From an uncultured Alphaproteobacteria bacterium (lineage in GTDB: Bacteria; Pseudomonadota; Alphaproteobacteria; Rs-D84), in the NCBI GenBank assembly GCA_904502095.1, contig CAJGDG010000001.1:2242-66241 (forward strand): 64,000 nt of DNA. The letters are read 5' to 3'. The notes under the pieces are model-generated. The model was not told the origin of the DNA and ran no database searches. It saw only the letters and a list, made by a program, of their open reading frames with translations. Of the stretch, positions 37,023 through 47,856 are shown one piece after another; positions within the stretch are counted from its first letter, which is position 1; each line of letters starts with the position of its first letter. The position numbers were made by a program, and so were the translations under genes.

Positions 37023-40000
37023 ATGTCTTGCCCAAAGAATTTATCTGATTTGTTAAAGGTTTGCAGTGTTTTGCCTGTGTTCGCGGTTTTGCCTGCGATG
37101 GCGGAATCGGTGACCGGCCGTCAAGTGATTACAACAGATACGTCTTATACAGATTTGGTGGCGCAAAACATTGCGTCAACAACAGCGAATAATGGCGGTG
37201 TGTTTTATATGCAAGATGTGCCAGATGTTTCTTTGACATTTAATGGCGCGACATTGTTTTCTGGAAATTCTTTGAATAATGGTGGTATGGGTGGCGCGAT
37301 TGGTAATGGGTGGCTGTCTTCTTTGACCGGTTCTGGATATACCCAGGGTGGCAAGATAACTTTTGCCGGGGCATCAACTTTTGTTAATAACAGCACCAAT
37401 AACGCAAATGGTGGCGGGGCAATATTTAACTATGGATTGGGCGATGCAAAATCCCCGGATATTGTTTTTAACGGTGACGCCAAATTTGATGGAAACAAGG
37501 TGACAAAATCTTCAAACAGTGTTTTTTCTGGTGGTGGGGCGATTAATCATCGTGACGGTATGATTGTTTTTAATGCCGGTGCAAGTTTTACAGGGAATCA
37601 GTCTGCCAGCCAGGGCGGGGCAATTATGTCTGCTGGTGATGTTGCGTTCAAATCAGATGCGTCGTTTGATAATAACAGCGCAACAAAAAATGGTGGTGCG
37701 CTGGCGATATTGGGCGGAAATGCGACTTTTGAAAAAGGGGCAATTTTTACCAATAATAATGCAGGTGGCGCATCTGCGGTTTATATCGCCCAGGCAACAG
37801 ATATGGTCAAGTTTAATGGCGCAGCAAGTTTTGTTGAAAATACGGGTGTTGGCACATTGTTAAACAGTGCAACAAATGCGACGGTTTTGTTCGCAGATGG
37901 TGTTGCGTTTGATAAAAACACAAATAAGTCTAATGGCGCGCTGGTAAATGCGGGAAGTGTGCTGTTAACCGGTGGTGATATGTTGTTTTCAAATAACATT
38001 GGTACTAATGGTGGCGGACTGAAAAATTCAGGGAATGTTAGTGTAAACACGGTTGGAAATGTGTTGTTCGATTCAAATAGTACGGCTAGCAGTGCTGGTG
38101 CATTTGATAACGGTGGAACAGTACAGTTTGTTGCGCCCAATATTGTGTTTACAGGGAACAAGTCTGATGCAGGATACGGTGGCGCAATCTTTAATTCCGG
38201 CGATTTAACAATTGGGGGCGCGGTAAATACTTTTGATAATAATATCGCGGCGGATATTGGCGCAACCAAAAGTGGTGGTGGTGCAATACATAATCGCGGT
38301 AATACCAATACAACCACTTTGATTATTGGTGAACGGGGCAGTATTAATACTTTTACTGCAAATAAATCCAGTGCGCATGGTGGTGCAATTGTGGCGCGGG
38401 CTTTTGATGGAGCGACCGCAAATTCAGAAGTTGTTATAAATGGAGCGACAACTTTTGCTGATAACACAGCGGATATGAACGGTGGCGCAATTTGGAATGT
38501 GGCAATGCCCAAAGGAGACACAATTGGTAAAACTTCAATTGTGTTTAATGGTGATACTGTTTTTCGCGGCAATTCTGCAAATGGATTTGGGGGCGCGTTA
38601 TACAATAATGATACCGTTGAATTTAATGGAAAAATTGCTTTTTCAGGAAACAGTGCGGGCGAAAATGGTGGGGCGATTTATAATGCCGGTACATTAGAAA
38701 TCAATGGCGGTGAATTTATTGGTAATTTCGCAAAAAAATCTGCCGGTGCGATTTATAATGGCGATGGTGGTTCTTTGATAGTTGATGGGGCGACTTTTAC
38801 AGAAAATAAGTCGGCTGGTTCTTTTGGTGCGGTTGTGTCGGGTACTGGTGCTGTAAAGACAGAGATTTCAAACACCGTATTTCGCGATAATTCAGCAGGT
38901 GATGTGGGTGCGTTGGGGTTGTTTTCTGGGGCAACACTGACAAATGTCACATTTGATGATAACGAGTCTGCTTTACGCGGTGGCGCAATTTCAACACTCG
39001 GTGCAGACATTGCTGATAACAAAGATGCGCGTTTGGATATCTTGAAATCAAATTTTGTTGAAAATGAAGCAAAAACAACAGGTGGCGCAATCGATAATTA
39101 TCTGTACAGCAGTGTCAAAGATATGACGGCGGTTTATATTGCGGATACTGCGTTTTCAAAAAATCTGGCAACGGCGGGTGGCGCAATTTATAACCATGGT
39201 GATGCAGACAAATCAGGAAATATTGCGTCAATGCGTTTGGAAAATGTGAACTTTACCGGGAACAAGGCCAGCGATAAAGGTGGGGCCGTTTATAACGAAG
39301 CGGGCGCCGGTATCGTTTTAAGTGGTAAAAACATCTTTTTGGGTAATGCAGCAGGAAAATCCAAGAACGATATTTATAATGATGGCGCAATAAAAATTGA
39401 AGGTGGCGAAACATCTATCAGTGGTGGTATTTTGGGCGATGGCGTTTTGGATATTGCCAGTGGTGCAGTATTAAATATCGGGACTGCTACGGTTAATCAA
39501 TCTTTGATAAACATTGATGGAACGATTAATGCGTCTGTTTTAAACAGCAATGTTCGTGATAATGGAAAATTGTTTGGTGAAATAACAGGGTCGGGCGTAA
39601 TTAATTTGGATGTTTCTTCGGTTGGAACTTATAATATATTCAGCGAAGATAACGACATCACAATAAATGTAGGCAAAGCGTATTTGGTCGAAAACCGTGG
39701 TGCAGATGGGGTCGTTGTTTCGACAAAGCCAATCGATACCTTGGTTAAAGATACGGGCGTTTCGGAATCGGCTGCGGCTACATTGGTTGGCTTGGCAAAT
39801 TCAACGGATAAAAATGTCCAAAGAATTTCACTGTTGGCACAGCAGGCGTTGAATTCTGGCAAAACAGATGTTTTGGAAAAAGAATCTGCAAAATTGAATC
39901 CTGATGACAATGTTGTTGTTCAGTCTGTTGCGACCGCAACGCATAACCAGGTGTTGTCGTTGGCGGCGGGGCGTATGGCTGGCGGTGCATCACAGGCGTT

Positions 40001-40862
40001 GCCATCTGTTCGTAATACAACTTCACAATATGGCAGCGGTTATTATTCTTATTATGGTGGCGGCCGTTCCGGTGGTGATGAAATGGCTCAGGAAAATGGG
40101 TTCTGGATACAGGGGCTGTTTAATAAATCTAAATATGATGAACAGTTCCACAGCTATACACGTGGGTTCGCTGTTGGTGCAGATACGCTGATTGATAAAA
40201 AGTATACATTGGGTGCAGGGTTTGCCTATAACAGCGCAGATGTTCATTCGACAACCCGTGATACAGATGTAGATAACAAGACATTGTTTGTTTATGGGCA
40301 GTATAAGCCAAACAAATGGTTCTTGAATGGTACATTTGCGTATACTATGTCTGAATATACAGAACATTCAAATCCATACGGCATAATGCTGGAATCGGCA
40401 TATGATGTTGATATGTTTGGTGCCCAGATGACAACGGGTTATGAATTTGCATCTGGTTTTGTACCAAGTTTGGGCCTGCGTTATTTGCATACATCACAGG
40501 ATGAATATTCAAATGGCGTTAATACAATCAAGGCGATGGATACAGATTATTTGACTGGTGTTGCTGGGTTCAGTTATTCGTTCTTGGCAAAGAACAGTCA
40601 GAATTTCCAATTGCGTCCAGAACTGCGTGCGGCCGCAACATACGATATCGTCAGTGATGATGCTGAAACGACAGTTGTTATCCCAGGTGTTGGTTCGTCA
40701 TATGCTGTTGCAGGCGAAGGTTTGGCAGAATTGGGTGGCGAATTTGGCATTGGGTTGAATATGCGATATAAAGGTATGGAAATATCTTTGATGTATGATT
40801 TGGGGCTGCGTCAGGATTATACATCACAAACTGGAATGATAAAGATTCGCAGTTATTTCTAA
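37023..40862 (+). CDS. Autotransporter with polymorphic-membrane-protein (Pmp) type GGA(I/L/V) repeats and a C-terminal beta-barrel translocator
   Basis: AGGAG RBS. Signal peptide MSCPKNLSDLLKVCSVLPVFAVLPAMA. More than 20 repeats of ...GGAI(Y/F/W)N... and FxxN (for example NANGGGAIFNYG, QSASQGGAIMSAGDVAF, ENGGAIYNAGTLE). The last ~280 aa have an alternating beta pattern and end in a terminal Phe (..IKIRSYF). Confidence 0.8.
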   Translation: MSCPKNLSDLLKVCSVLPVFAVLPAMAESVTGRQVITTDTSYTDLVAQNIASTTANNGGVFYMQDVPDVSLTFNGATLFSGNSLNNGGMGGAIGNGWLSSLTGSGYTQGGKITFAGASTFVNNSTNNANGGGAIFNYGLGDAKSPDIVFNGDAKFDGNKVTKSSNSVFSGGGAINHRDGMIVFNAGASFTGNQSASQGGAIMSAGDVAFKSDASFDNNSATKNGGALAILGGNATFEKGAIFTNNNAGGASAVYIAQATDMVKFNGAASFVENTGVGTLLNSATNATVLFADGVAFDKNTNKSNGALVNAGSVLLTGGDMLFSNNIGTNGGGLKNSGNVSVNTVGNVLFDSNSTASSAGAFDNGGTVQFVAPNIVFTGNKSDAGYGGAIFNSGDLTIGGAVNTFDNNIAADIGATKSGGGAIHNRGNTNTTTLIIGERGSINTFTANKSSAHGGAIVARAFDGATANSEVVINGATTFADNTADMNGGAIWNVAMPKGDTIGKTSIVFNGDTVFRGNSANGFGGALYNNDTVEFNGKIAFSGNSAGENGGAIYNAGTLEINGGEFIGNFAKKSAGAIYNGDGGSLIVDGATFTENKSAGSFGAVVSGTGAVKTEISNTVFRDNSAGDVGALGLFSGATLTNVTFDDNESALRGGAISTLGADIADNKDARLDILKSNFVENEAKTTGGAIDNYLYSSVKDMTAVYIADTAFSKNLATAGGAIYNHGDADKSGNIASMRLENVNFTGNKASDKGGAVYNEAGAGIVLSGKNIFLGNAAGKSKNDIYNDGAIKIEGGETSISGGILGDGVLDIASGAVLNIGTATVNQSLINIDGTINASVLNSNVRDNGKLFGEITGSGVINLDVSSVGTYNIFSEDNDITINVGKAYLVENRGADGVVVSTKPIDTLVKDTGVSESAAATLVGLANSTDKNVQRISLLAQQALNSGKTDVLEKESAKLNPDDNVVVQSVATATHNQVLSLAAGRMAGGASQALPSVRNTTSQYGSGYYSYYGGGRSGGDEMAQENGFWIQGLFNKSKYDEQFHSYTRGFAVGADTLIDKKYTLGAGFAYNSADVHSTTRDTDVDNKTLFVYGQYKPNKWFLNGTFAYTMSEYTEHSNPYGIMLESAYDVDMFGAQMTTGYEFASGFVPSLGLRYLHTSQDEYSNGVNTIKAMDTDYLTGVAGFSYSFLAKNSQNFQLRPELRAAATYDIVSDDAETTVVIPGVGSSYAVAGEGLAELGGEFGIGLNMRYKGMEISLMYDLGLRQDYTSQTGMIKIRSYF

Positions 40863-40868
40863 AAAGAA

Positions 40869-40897
40869 TAAAAGCCCCAAGTTCGGGGCTTTTTATT
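40869..40897 (+). terminator. Intrinsic terminator
   Basis: aaaagccccaagttcggggctttttattt. Confidence 0.7.
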
Positions 40898-40971
40898 TGA
40901 TTGTCGCCTTGCAAGTTTTAAAAATAGGTGTTATTATCTGTTGTGTTGTATGAAAAATAAAAGGTTTTAAA

Positions 40972-42186
40972 ATGTCACAGAAATTATTTGATATGTTACA
41001 AGAACGTGGATTTGTCAAAGATATGACTCACCCAGAACAAATAAAAAATTTGTTAAATGGGGATAAAAAAATAACCTTTTATTTAGGTATTGACCCAACT
41101 GCGGATAGTCTGCATATTGGACATTTTTTTGCATTGCGTATGTTTCGACATTTGCAAAATGCAGGTCATCGTGGAATCTTGGTTATTGGTGGTGCAACCA
41201 GCTTGGTGGGCGACCCAACAGGAAAATCTGATATGCGTAAAATGTTGACCAAAGAACAGGTGCAACATAACTTGGAAGAAGTAAAACAATTAGCGGGTCA
41301 TTTCGTGTTGCCAGGGACAGAAATTGTCAATAATGCAGATTGGATAAATAAATTTACATATGTTGATTTTATGCGATTGGTTTGTGTGCATTTCAATGTA
41401 AATACTATGTTGGCCAGCGAGGCTTATGCGCGTCGTCGTGAAAATGGTGGATTAACTTTCTTGGAAATGGGATATATGCCAATGCAGGCGTATGATTTCG
41501 TGCATTTATATAATGACAAGGGGTGTGTGCTGGAAATTGGCGGCAGCGACCAATGGGGAAATATTGTCGCAGGGACCGAGTTGTTTAGAAAAATGAATCT
41601 GGAACAAGGCAATGCAAAATCAGAAATATATGGTTTGACATCACCGTTGTTAATGACTGCAGACGGAAAAAAGATGGGCAAAACAGAAAAGGGTACATTG
41701 TGGGTCGCGCGCGACAAGACGACACCGTTTGATTTCTATCAGTATTTTTACAACACGGCTGATGAAAATACAGAACTGTTATTGTCGTTGTTTACAGATA
41801 TTCCAATGGATGAAATTAAATCTATGTGCAAGGCTGATATTATCGCTGCGAAAAAACGTATGGCTTTTGAAGTGACAAAATTGATTCATGGGCATGATTT
41901 GGCACAATCTGCAGTTGATACGGCGGCTGCGTTGTTTGGTGGTGGGGCGGATATGTCGAATGTGCCAAGTGCTGAAATCGAAATGTCAGGCGATATGGGG
42001 GTTTTAGATTTCTTGGTTGCAACAGGCTTGTTCCCGTCAAAGTCTGAAGCGCGTCGTATGGTTGAACAGGGTGGTGTTCAAATCGATGGGGATAAAATAA
42101 CTGATATAAAATATGTTGTATCCCCGGCGGACGAATATATGGTTCAAAAAGGAAAAAAGACTTTCTTGAAAGTTATAAGAAAATAA
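40972..42186 (+). CDS. tyrS: Tyrosine--tRNA ligase
   Basis: HIGH motif region GIDPTADSLHIGHF. KMGKT (KMSKS). C-terminal S4-like domain. Confidence 0.9.
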   Translation: MSQKLFDMLQERGFVKDMTHPEQIKNLLNGDKKITFYLGIDPTADSLHIGHFFALRMFRHLQNAGHRGILVIGGATSLVGDPTGKSDMRKMLTKEQVQHNLEEVKQLAGHFVLPGTEIVNNADWINKFTYVDFMRLVCVHFNVNTMLASEAYARRRENGGLTFLEMGYMPMQAYDFVHLYNDKGCVLEIGGSDQWGNIVAGTELFRKMNLEQGNAKSEIYGLTSPLLMTADGKKMGKTEKGTLWVARDKTTPFDFYQYFYNTADENTELLLSLFTDIPMDEIKSMCKADIIAAKKRMAFEVTKLIHGHDLAQSAVDTAAALFGGGADMSNVPSAEIEMSGDMGVLDFLVATGLFPSKSEARRMVEQGGVQIDGDKITDIKYVVSPADEYMVQKGKKTFLKVIRK

Positions 42187-42218
42187 AAAAAACAGGGCGA
42201 TGCCCTGTTTTTTTATTT
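42186..42218. terminator. Bidirectional terminator
   Basis: aaaaaacagggcgatgccctgttttttt. Confidence 0.7.
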
Positions 42219-42707
42219 TGATTGATTGATATAATTGATTACTGTATCCATATAATTCCAGCAGGCTTCAACTGTTTCGTTGTCCGGAAAATTATGTGAT
42301 GGATTTATTTTAATCAGGTGTTTGTATGCCTGGTTCATATCGCTGAAATACATAACTGTTGTATTGTTTTGTGCCAATTTTTTGTTCAGCGATAATAATT
42401 TTTGTTTGTCGATGTCAGCAATGTTTATGATGTTGATGTTTAATTTTAAATCCAATGTTTCAGTTATTATGTCGTTTGTTTTTTGTGCAACTGTTTCAAT
42501 AACAGATGTTGGTGCACCAAATGTTGCCAACCAAATTTGTTCTGTTTTTTTGTCAAATGCTACACAGAATGAATACTGTTTGTTTCCAGAATTAATTAAT
42601 ATTGGGGTATTCAATGTATACAGGTATCCTTCGCACAGCATATGCGCCAGTGCGAAAAATGACGATATAGAATTAATCGGCGTGTTTGGGTCTTGTTGTT
42701 TTTCCAT
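42213..42707 (-). CDS. Hypothetical cytoplasmic protein (165 aa after trimming to the Met with a GGAGG RBS)
   Basis: Strong RBS cacggagggaacaa before ATG 42707. No motif recognised. Confidence 0.45.
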   Translation of the reverse strand: MEKQQDPNTPINSISSFFALAHMLCEGYLYTLNTPILINSGNKQYSFCVAFDKKTEQIWLATFGAPTSVIETVAQKTNDIITETLDLKLNINIINIADIDKQKLLSLNKKLAQNNTTVMYFSDMNQAYKHLIKINPSHNFPDNETVEACWNYMDTVINYINQSK

Positions 42708-42788
42708 TTGTTCCCTCCGTGTTGAGATACAGTGTATCAAAATTAGACATTGTTTGCAACTTGGTTTACTTTTTGATAATATACAAGT

Positions 42789-43862
42789 ATGCGATTTATA
42801 ATTGTGTTGTTGTCTTTTTTTATTTTGTGTGTGGGGCATAATGGATATGCCGCAACTGAGTTGTCAAAAATAAATGCGCAAATTAAGCAGACCGAACAGC
42901 AAAATAAAAAATTGGAACAGCAGGTTAAAACATCTGAACGGGATGTCGCAAAAACAAAAAAACAATTGGTGAAAACTGCGGACAAGGTATCTTCGTTGGA
43001 AGATGAACGCAGTGCGTTGGTAAAAAAAATTGCAGATTTGGATGAAAAAATTGAAAAAAATAGTGTCGAGTTGAAAAAAAATCAAGCGCGTGTTGCGGAT
43101 GCTGCGTCTGGGATTTTGTTTGTGGCATCACACCCGAATTTCGACAGTGAAGATATGCGTGATTATGTCTTGATGTCTGCGGTATTGTCGGGTGCCGCTG
43201 AACAGTTAAATGAACAAATTAGCCGTGCCGAAGAAAAAATCAAGGACTTGGCTCAGGTGCGCGATGAACGGGCAGCCGAAAAAGAAAAATTGGACAGGAC
43301 TGCCAAAAAATATACGCGTGAAAAAATTGAATTAGACAAATTGTTGCGTACGCGCAGCGCGCAAAACGAAAAGTTAAAGACAAAACAGGCGGCGCTGCAG
43401 AAAAAATTAAGTGAATTGTCTGCGCGCGCAAAAAGTATTTCTGAATTGTCTGCGGGCGTTGGCAGTTCGGAAATGTCGGCAGATTCCAGTTTTTCGCGTC
43501 GTAAACTGAATTTGCCCGTGCGGGGACGTGTGGTTGTTCGGTTCGGTGAAAAGACCGCGCTGGGGTTAAAGTCTGACGGGTGGCGTGTGCGTACGCGTGG
43601 TGATGCGTTGGTGATGGCGCCAGCGGATGGGGTTATAAAATTTGCAGACAGTTTCCGTGGGTTTGGGCGCGTTGTGATTATGTCACATAAAAATGGGTAT
43701 AATACTGTTATGACAAATTTAGGTAATATTGATGTTGCCTTGGGGCAAGAGGTTTTGGCTGGCGAACCAATTGGTCGTATGAATCCAGATAAACCAGAAA
43801 TGTATCTGGAGGTAAGGCGTGGTAATAGTGCTGTTGACCCGGCGCGTTTGTTTAAAGAGTAA
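42789..43862 (+). CDS. M23/LytM-domain protein with long N-terminal coiled coil (EnvC-like murein hydrolase activator)
   Basis: Signal peptide. About 200 aa of heptad coiled coil. C-terminal LytM-like domain ..GRVVVRFGEK...VMAPADGVIKFADSFRGFGRVVIMSHKNGYNTVMTNLGNIDVALGQEVLAGEPIG. Confidence 0.6.
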   Translation: MRFIIVLLSFFILCVGHNGYAATELSKINAQIKQTEQQNKKLEQQVKTSERDVAKTKKQLVKTADKVSSLEDERSALVKKIADLDEKIEKNSVELKKNQARVADAASGILFVASHPNFDSEDMRDYVLMSAVLSGAAEQLNEQISRAEEKIKDLAQVRDERAAEKEKLDRTAKKYTREKIELDKLLRTRSAQNEKLKTKQAALQKKLSELSARAKSISELSAGVGSSEMSADSSFSRRKLNLPVRGRVVVRFGEKTALGLKSDGWRVRTRGDALVMAPADGVIKFADSFRGFGRVVIMSHKNGYNTVMTNLGNIDVALGQEVLAGEPIGRMNPDKPEMYLEVRRGNSAVDPARLFKE

Positions 43863-43892
43863 AAAAAATCCCCCAAACGGGGGATTTTTATT
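43862..43892. terminator. Bidirectional terminator (aaatcccc..ggggattt family)
   Basis: aaaaaaaatcccccaaacgggggatttttatt. Confidence 0.7.
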
Positions 43893-44325
43893 GTTCAGAT
43901 GTGCTGGCGATTAATTTTTTTGCCAGTTCTAATTTGGCTGCATCGATTTTTTCAGAAACTGTGTTTTTGATTGTTTCTTTGGTTGTGGCAGCGTCTGTTT
44001 TTGCTGCATCTGTTTTTTCTGTGGCGACCGATTTAATTTGGTTTGTGTATTCTGTAATTTCTGCGCTGTTTTCTGTGACAGATTTTTTTACATATGTGAT
44101 ACATTTGTCAGAAACGCTTTTAATATTATCTGTCAAACATTCCAGCAATGTTTTTTCGCCCAGTATTATTTCAGGACATACAGATTTGATTTTTTCCAAA
44201 TCGCATGCTTCTTGTAATGTTTGTGGTTCTGCTTCTTTTTTGGAAAACAAATCAGAAAACCACCCGGCGTTTGCGGTTGTGGCTGTGCAGATTGCGATTG
44301 TGCTGATAGCTAACATTTTTTTCAT
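43888..44325 (-). CDS. Secreted Lys/Thr/Ala-rich hypothetical protein (trimmed to MKKMLAI)
   Basis: Signal peptide MKKMLAISTIAICTATTANA. Repeats KTDAAKTDAATTKE. Confidence 0.45.
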   Translation of the reverse strand: MKKMLAISTIAICTATTANAGWFSDLFSKKEAEPQTLQEACDLEKIKSVCPEIILGEKTLLECLTDNIKSVSDKCITYVKKSVTENSAEITEYTNQIKSVATEKTDAAKTDAATTKETIKNTVSEKIDAAKLELAKKLIASTSEQ

Positions 44326-44412
44326 TTTCCTGTCCTTTGTTTTGTACAGGAAAATAATAGGATTAAAGTCCGTTTGGGTCAAATAAAAAAACGCCCAATT
44401 GGGCGTTTAGAT

Positions 44413-44865
44413 TTAAAATGGAATATCGTCACCAATTTCAGATACAGATATTTCTTCGCGTGGTTGTGGTGCAGGTGCACCGCCAAAATCACCAGATGTG
44501 CCATCCATTGTTTTGGCACCGCTTAAAATAACCATCTGACCTGCGAATTGATTCAATACAACTTCGGTTGTAAAGACATCTGCCCCAGATTGATTTTGCC
44601 ATTTGCGTGTGCGCAAAGAACCTTCGATATATAATTTTGTGCCTTTCTGCAACATACGTTCCGCAACTTCAACCAAGTTTGAGTTAAAGACAACAACACG
44701 ATGCCATTCTGTTTGTTCTTTTTGTTCGCCGGTTGCACGGTCGCGCCAACGATCCGATGTCGCCAATGAAAAACTGACAACTTTTTGACCGTTGCCCATT
44801 GTGCGAACCTGAGGTTCCTGTCCAATATTGCCAACAAGTATAACTTTATTAATGCTGCCTGCCAT
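44413..44865 (-). CDS. ssb: Single-stranded DNA-binding protein
   Basis: [21 protein letters not shown]... OB fold. Gly-rich tail ending in the acidic tip DDIPF. AAGGAAG RBS. Terminator aaacgcccaattgggcgttt downstream. Confidence 0.9.
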   Translation of the reverse strand: MAGSINKVILVGNIGQEPQVRTMGNGQKVVSFSLATSDRWRDRATGEQKEQTEWHRVVVFNSNLVEVAERMLQKGTKLYIEGSLRTRKWQNQSGADVFTTEVVLNQFAGQMVILSGAKTMDGTSGDFGGAPAPQPREEISVSEIGDDIPF

Positions 44866-44941
44866 AATCGCTTCCTTTGTTTTTTTTATTATTTTCTCTT
44901 TTTTTATTTGAGCAATTATGGCGCAAAAATGCAAGGCTTTT

Positions 44942-46795
44942 TTAAAATTGGAATTTGGTTTTTGCCAGCATATAAATTTCGTCTGTGCCAATCGGATTGT
45001 CGACAAAACCCGCTGTCATAAATTTGTAAGATATGCTATATTCTATTGATGGGGCGCTTGCCATATCAATTGAATGTTGTGCAAATAAATATCTTCCGTC
45101 ATCAGCGCGTCCATTAGATGTGTTCAGGTACATGTTGCCATGAATAATTGTGTCTGGGGTGCCAACTGATAATGTCAAATCTTTATATTTTGCGCCAATT
45201 TTTACAGATGCTGTGTACAGGTTTGAAAATCCTGATACCATTGAATCTGGGGTGGTTCGTGGTTTCATTACACCAAATGTTGTGTTGAAAAACACGCTGC
45301 CGTTGCCGATTCGGATTTCATCGCTGTGACCGATAAAGCTTAATAATGTTTTTTCATTTGTTTTCAAAAATCCTGATGCTGATAACATATCTGTCTGCTT
45401 AAAGCCGATTTCAGTGTTGCCAAGTTTTGCAGTTTTTAATTCGTCTTCACGCAGGCGTTCAAACCCCAGACCGCGATTTTTGACGGAAATGTTGTCGTTC
45501 ATATTTGTTTCAAATGAACGACCGAACGAGTCGACAAAAGAAAACTTTATATCCGCTGATTTGATTTGTTGACCGATTGTTCCGCTGACGCGTGCCGTTT
45601 GCATTGGGGTGTTGCCACCATTGTTCATAGGAATTGTTTGTGCACCAACAGGGCGTGTTGCGCGTTCCATATCTAACATCCCGTGACCGTATATTTCGTC
45701 AACGCCTGCTGCGCCGATATCGCGTGCAGTTGCGAACAGCAGGTTTGTAATTTCATTTGATTTCATATATGGGAAAGCTTCGCGAATGACTGCAATTGCT
45801 GCTGAAACAATTGGGGCAGCAAAACTGGTGCCGTTAAGTGATATGCTGGATTCGGAAGATTTAAGACCAGCGCCGGGGGCTGTTATGCAGTAATCTTTGG
45901 TGACGCCACACGCGTTGCTGAATTCAGCCAGCGCGCCTGTGTTGTTGTCCCATGCAACTACATTTACAAAGTGGCCGTTTAATTCTGGTACAACGCGGGG
46001 CAGGGCAGATAACGCACTGGATTGACTGTGAAATTCGTTTCCAGCGGCCCAAACCAAGATAGCATCATGTGTGACAGCTGCGTTTGTTAATGCGTCTATA
46101 AAATGTGCGTCAGTCATCTGTTCTATTTGTGTGCGTGAATAAACTTGGTTGGCATAGGAGTTTGATGCCGACCAACTGAAATTATAAATGTTTGCGTTTT
46201 GGGCGCTGTTGATTGTGTCTCCGATTTCATAAAAAGATTTGAATTTGTCTTGATCGTTTGTGATTTGATATGAATTGATGTTTGCGTTCGGGGCAACTTG
46301 GTCAGATGCGATTGCTGCAACATTTTTACCGTGCCATGTTGTCGCGGCGGAATCAAAAACTGCGATTGTTGAATCGCGTCCTGTAAAACCGCGTGCCAAA
46401 GAATAACCCAGACGAATTTCGTCATATTGTGTGGCGTTGCGAATATAATTTGTTTGGTTTGTCATTGTCGCAACACGTGCCATATCGATATCGTTGCCAA
46501 TTTCGTTATAAGAATCGCGACTGGTTGTGGATAATGTTGTGGTCGCGGGCGCGGTTGTAGAATCGCCGCTGGACGATGTGCCGGATAATAATGCGATTGT
46601 GCCACCAATAAACGCTGCTGCGCCACCTGCGACTAATGCGCCTGTTGCAAAAGACGTTTTGTGTGTGATAGAGCATTTGTCTGGATTTTGACGGCGATAT
46701 ATTTCGCTGGCACAATTATTTGTTTGTGCCAAAGCAGGCGTGCATAAAAGCACACAAGACATAATCAGCGATAAAAATCTGTTATACAGCGTCAT
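44942..46795 (-). CDS. Subtilisin-like (S8) serine protease autotransporter
   Basis: Signal peptide [23 protein letters not shown]. Asp, His, Asn and Ser motifs (..AVFDSA.., [31 protein letters not shown]). C-terminal beta-domain ending ..AKTKFQF. Consensus promoter TTGACA-16-TATATT at about 46836-46872 on the minus strand. Confidence 0.75.
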   Translation of the reverse strand: MTLYNRFLSLIMSCVLLCTPALAQTNNCASEIYRRQNPDKCSITHKTSFATGALVAGGAAAFIGGTIALLSGTSSSGDSTTAPATTTLSTTSRDSYNEIGNDIDMARVATMTNQTNYIRNATQYDEIRLGYSLARGFTGRDSTIAVFDSAATTWHGKNVAAIASDQVAPNANINSYQITNDQDKFKSFYEIGDTINSAQNANIYNFSWSASNSYANQVYSRTQIEQMTDAHFIDALTNAAVTHDAILVWAAGNEFHSQSSALSALPRVVPELNGHFVNVVAWDNNTGALAEFSNACGVTKDYCITAPGAGLKSSESSISLNGTSFAAPIVSAAIAVIREAFPYMKSNEITNLLFATARDIGAAGVDEIYGHGMLDMERATRPVGAQTIPMNNGGNTPMQTARVSGTIGQQIKSADIKFSFVDSFGRSFETNMNDNISVKNRGLGFERLREDELKTAKLGNTEIGFKQTDMLSASGFLKTNEKTLLSFIGHSDEIRIGNGSVFFNTTFGVMKPRTTPDSMVSGFSNLYTASVKIGAKYKDLTLSVGTPDTIIHGNMYLNTSNGRADDGRYLFAQHSIDMASAPSIEYSISYKFMTAGFVDNPIGTDEIYMLAKTKFQF

Positions 46796-46939
46796 TTTTT
46801 CTCCGTTTTCGTGGGGACTACGCCCTCACACTATAAATATAGTACAAACAAACACTTTGTCAACCGTTTGATAATGTTCCTGTATAATTCATTTTTTTGT
46901 CGTGGTATAATCTTTTTGATTAACCAGCAAGGGGGAAAT

Positions 46940-47338
46940 ATGAAAAAAATATCAGTATTTGCAATTGGTGCGATGTTGGCAACAGGTGCCGCATTTGCAG
47001 AATTTGAAGAAACGGTCGTTGCGGTGGTACAACCCGTGGTTCAAACAACAAATACCAAGGGCGGTTTTGTTTCGGGCAATGAAACAATTGTGACGGTAAA
47101 GCAGGTAAATGAAATGCGTGATGATGTGCCTGTGATAGTAAAAGGAAAAATTGTCCAGCGTATGGGAGATGATAAATTCTTGTTTGAAGACGGGACGGGT
47201 TCCATCACTGTTGAGATAGATGATGACGCGTGGCGTGGTCAAACTGTGTCAGCAACCGATACTGTCAAATTATATGGTGATGTTGACAGAGGGATTTTCA
47301 AAACAGAAATAGATGTTGATTATATCGAAAAGTTATAA
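46940..47338 (+). CDS. Periplasmic OB-fold protein, BOF/YgiW family
   Basis: GGGGGAAAT RBS. Signal peptide MKKISVFAIGAMLATGAAFA. TVKQVNEMRDDVPVIVKGKIVQRMGDDKFLFEDGTGSITVEID resembles YgiW/YdeI. Confidence 0.5.
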   Translation: MKKISVFAIGAMLATGAAFAEFEETVVAVVQPVVQTTNTKGGFVSGNETIVTVKQVNEMRDDVPVIVKGKIVQRMGDDKFLFEDGTGSITVEIDDDAWRGQTVSATDTVKLYGDVDRGIFKTEIDVDYIEKL

Positions 47339-47410
47339 ACTGTATCAGGGTTGAAAAAACAAAAGACGCAAAAATTTGCGTCTTTTTTATGTTATGGTTA
47401 TAATGTTGTT

Positions 47411-47821
47411 ATGAATAAAATTTTATGTGCTTTGTTTTGTGTTTTATTTTATGGGACAGCGAATGCCGTCCCTGCGGTTGTTGACTATGTATTAGATGGT
47501 GATACATTTGCTGCGGCTGTAAAGTTGGAAGATGATATCAGTATTACGGTCCGTGTGCGTTTGATAAATGTGGATACGCCAGAGATGAGCGGCGAATGCG
47601 CGCGTGAAATTGATTTGGCAAATCAAGCCAAAGAATATGTGACAGATTTGTTGCCGACAGGTTCAGTTGTTGATTTGCAAAATATCAAAGACGATAAATA
47701 TTTGGGGCGTATCGATGCTAATGTAATTTTGCCTGATGGTCGCGATTTGGGTGATGTATTGGTTGATAAAAAATTAGCACGAAAATATAACGGTGGCCGC
47801 AGGGCAGGATGGTGTAAATAA
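47411..47821 (+). CDS. Thermonuclease (SNase-like) family protein
   Basis: Signal peptide. VVDGDTF...VRVRLINVDTPE...LGRIDANV...LVDKKLAR. ORF opens at 47351. Confidence 0.6.
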   Translation: MNKILCALFCVLFYGTANAVPAVVDYVLDGDTFAAAVKLEDDISITVRVRLINVDTPEMSGECAREIDLANQAKEYVTDLLPTGSVVDLQNIKDDKYLGRIDANVILPDGRDLGDVLVDKKLARKYNGGRRAGWCK

Positions 47822-47852
47822 AAAATCCCCAAACGGGGATTTTTTTATTTTA
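47821..47852. terminator. Bidirectional terminator (aaatcccc..ggggattt family)
   Basis: aaaaatccccaaacggggatttttttatttt. Confidence 0.7.
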
Positions 47853-47856
47853 AATT

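Noticed and set aside
37781-38605. 274-aa minus-strand ORF
   Set aside because: It is antisense to the GGAI-repeat region of the Pmp autotransporter. Repeats on the coding strand create a long open frame on the opposite strand.
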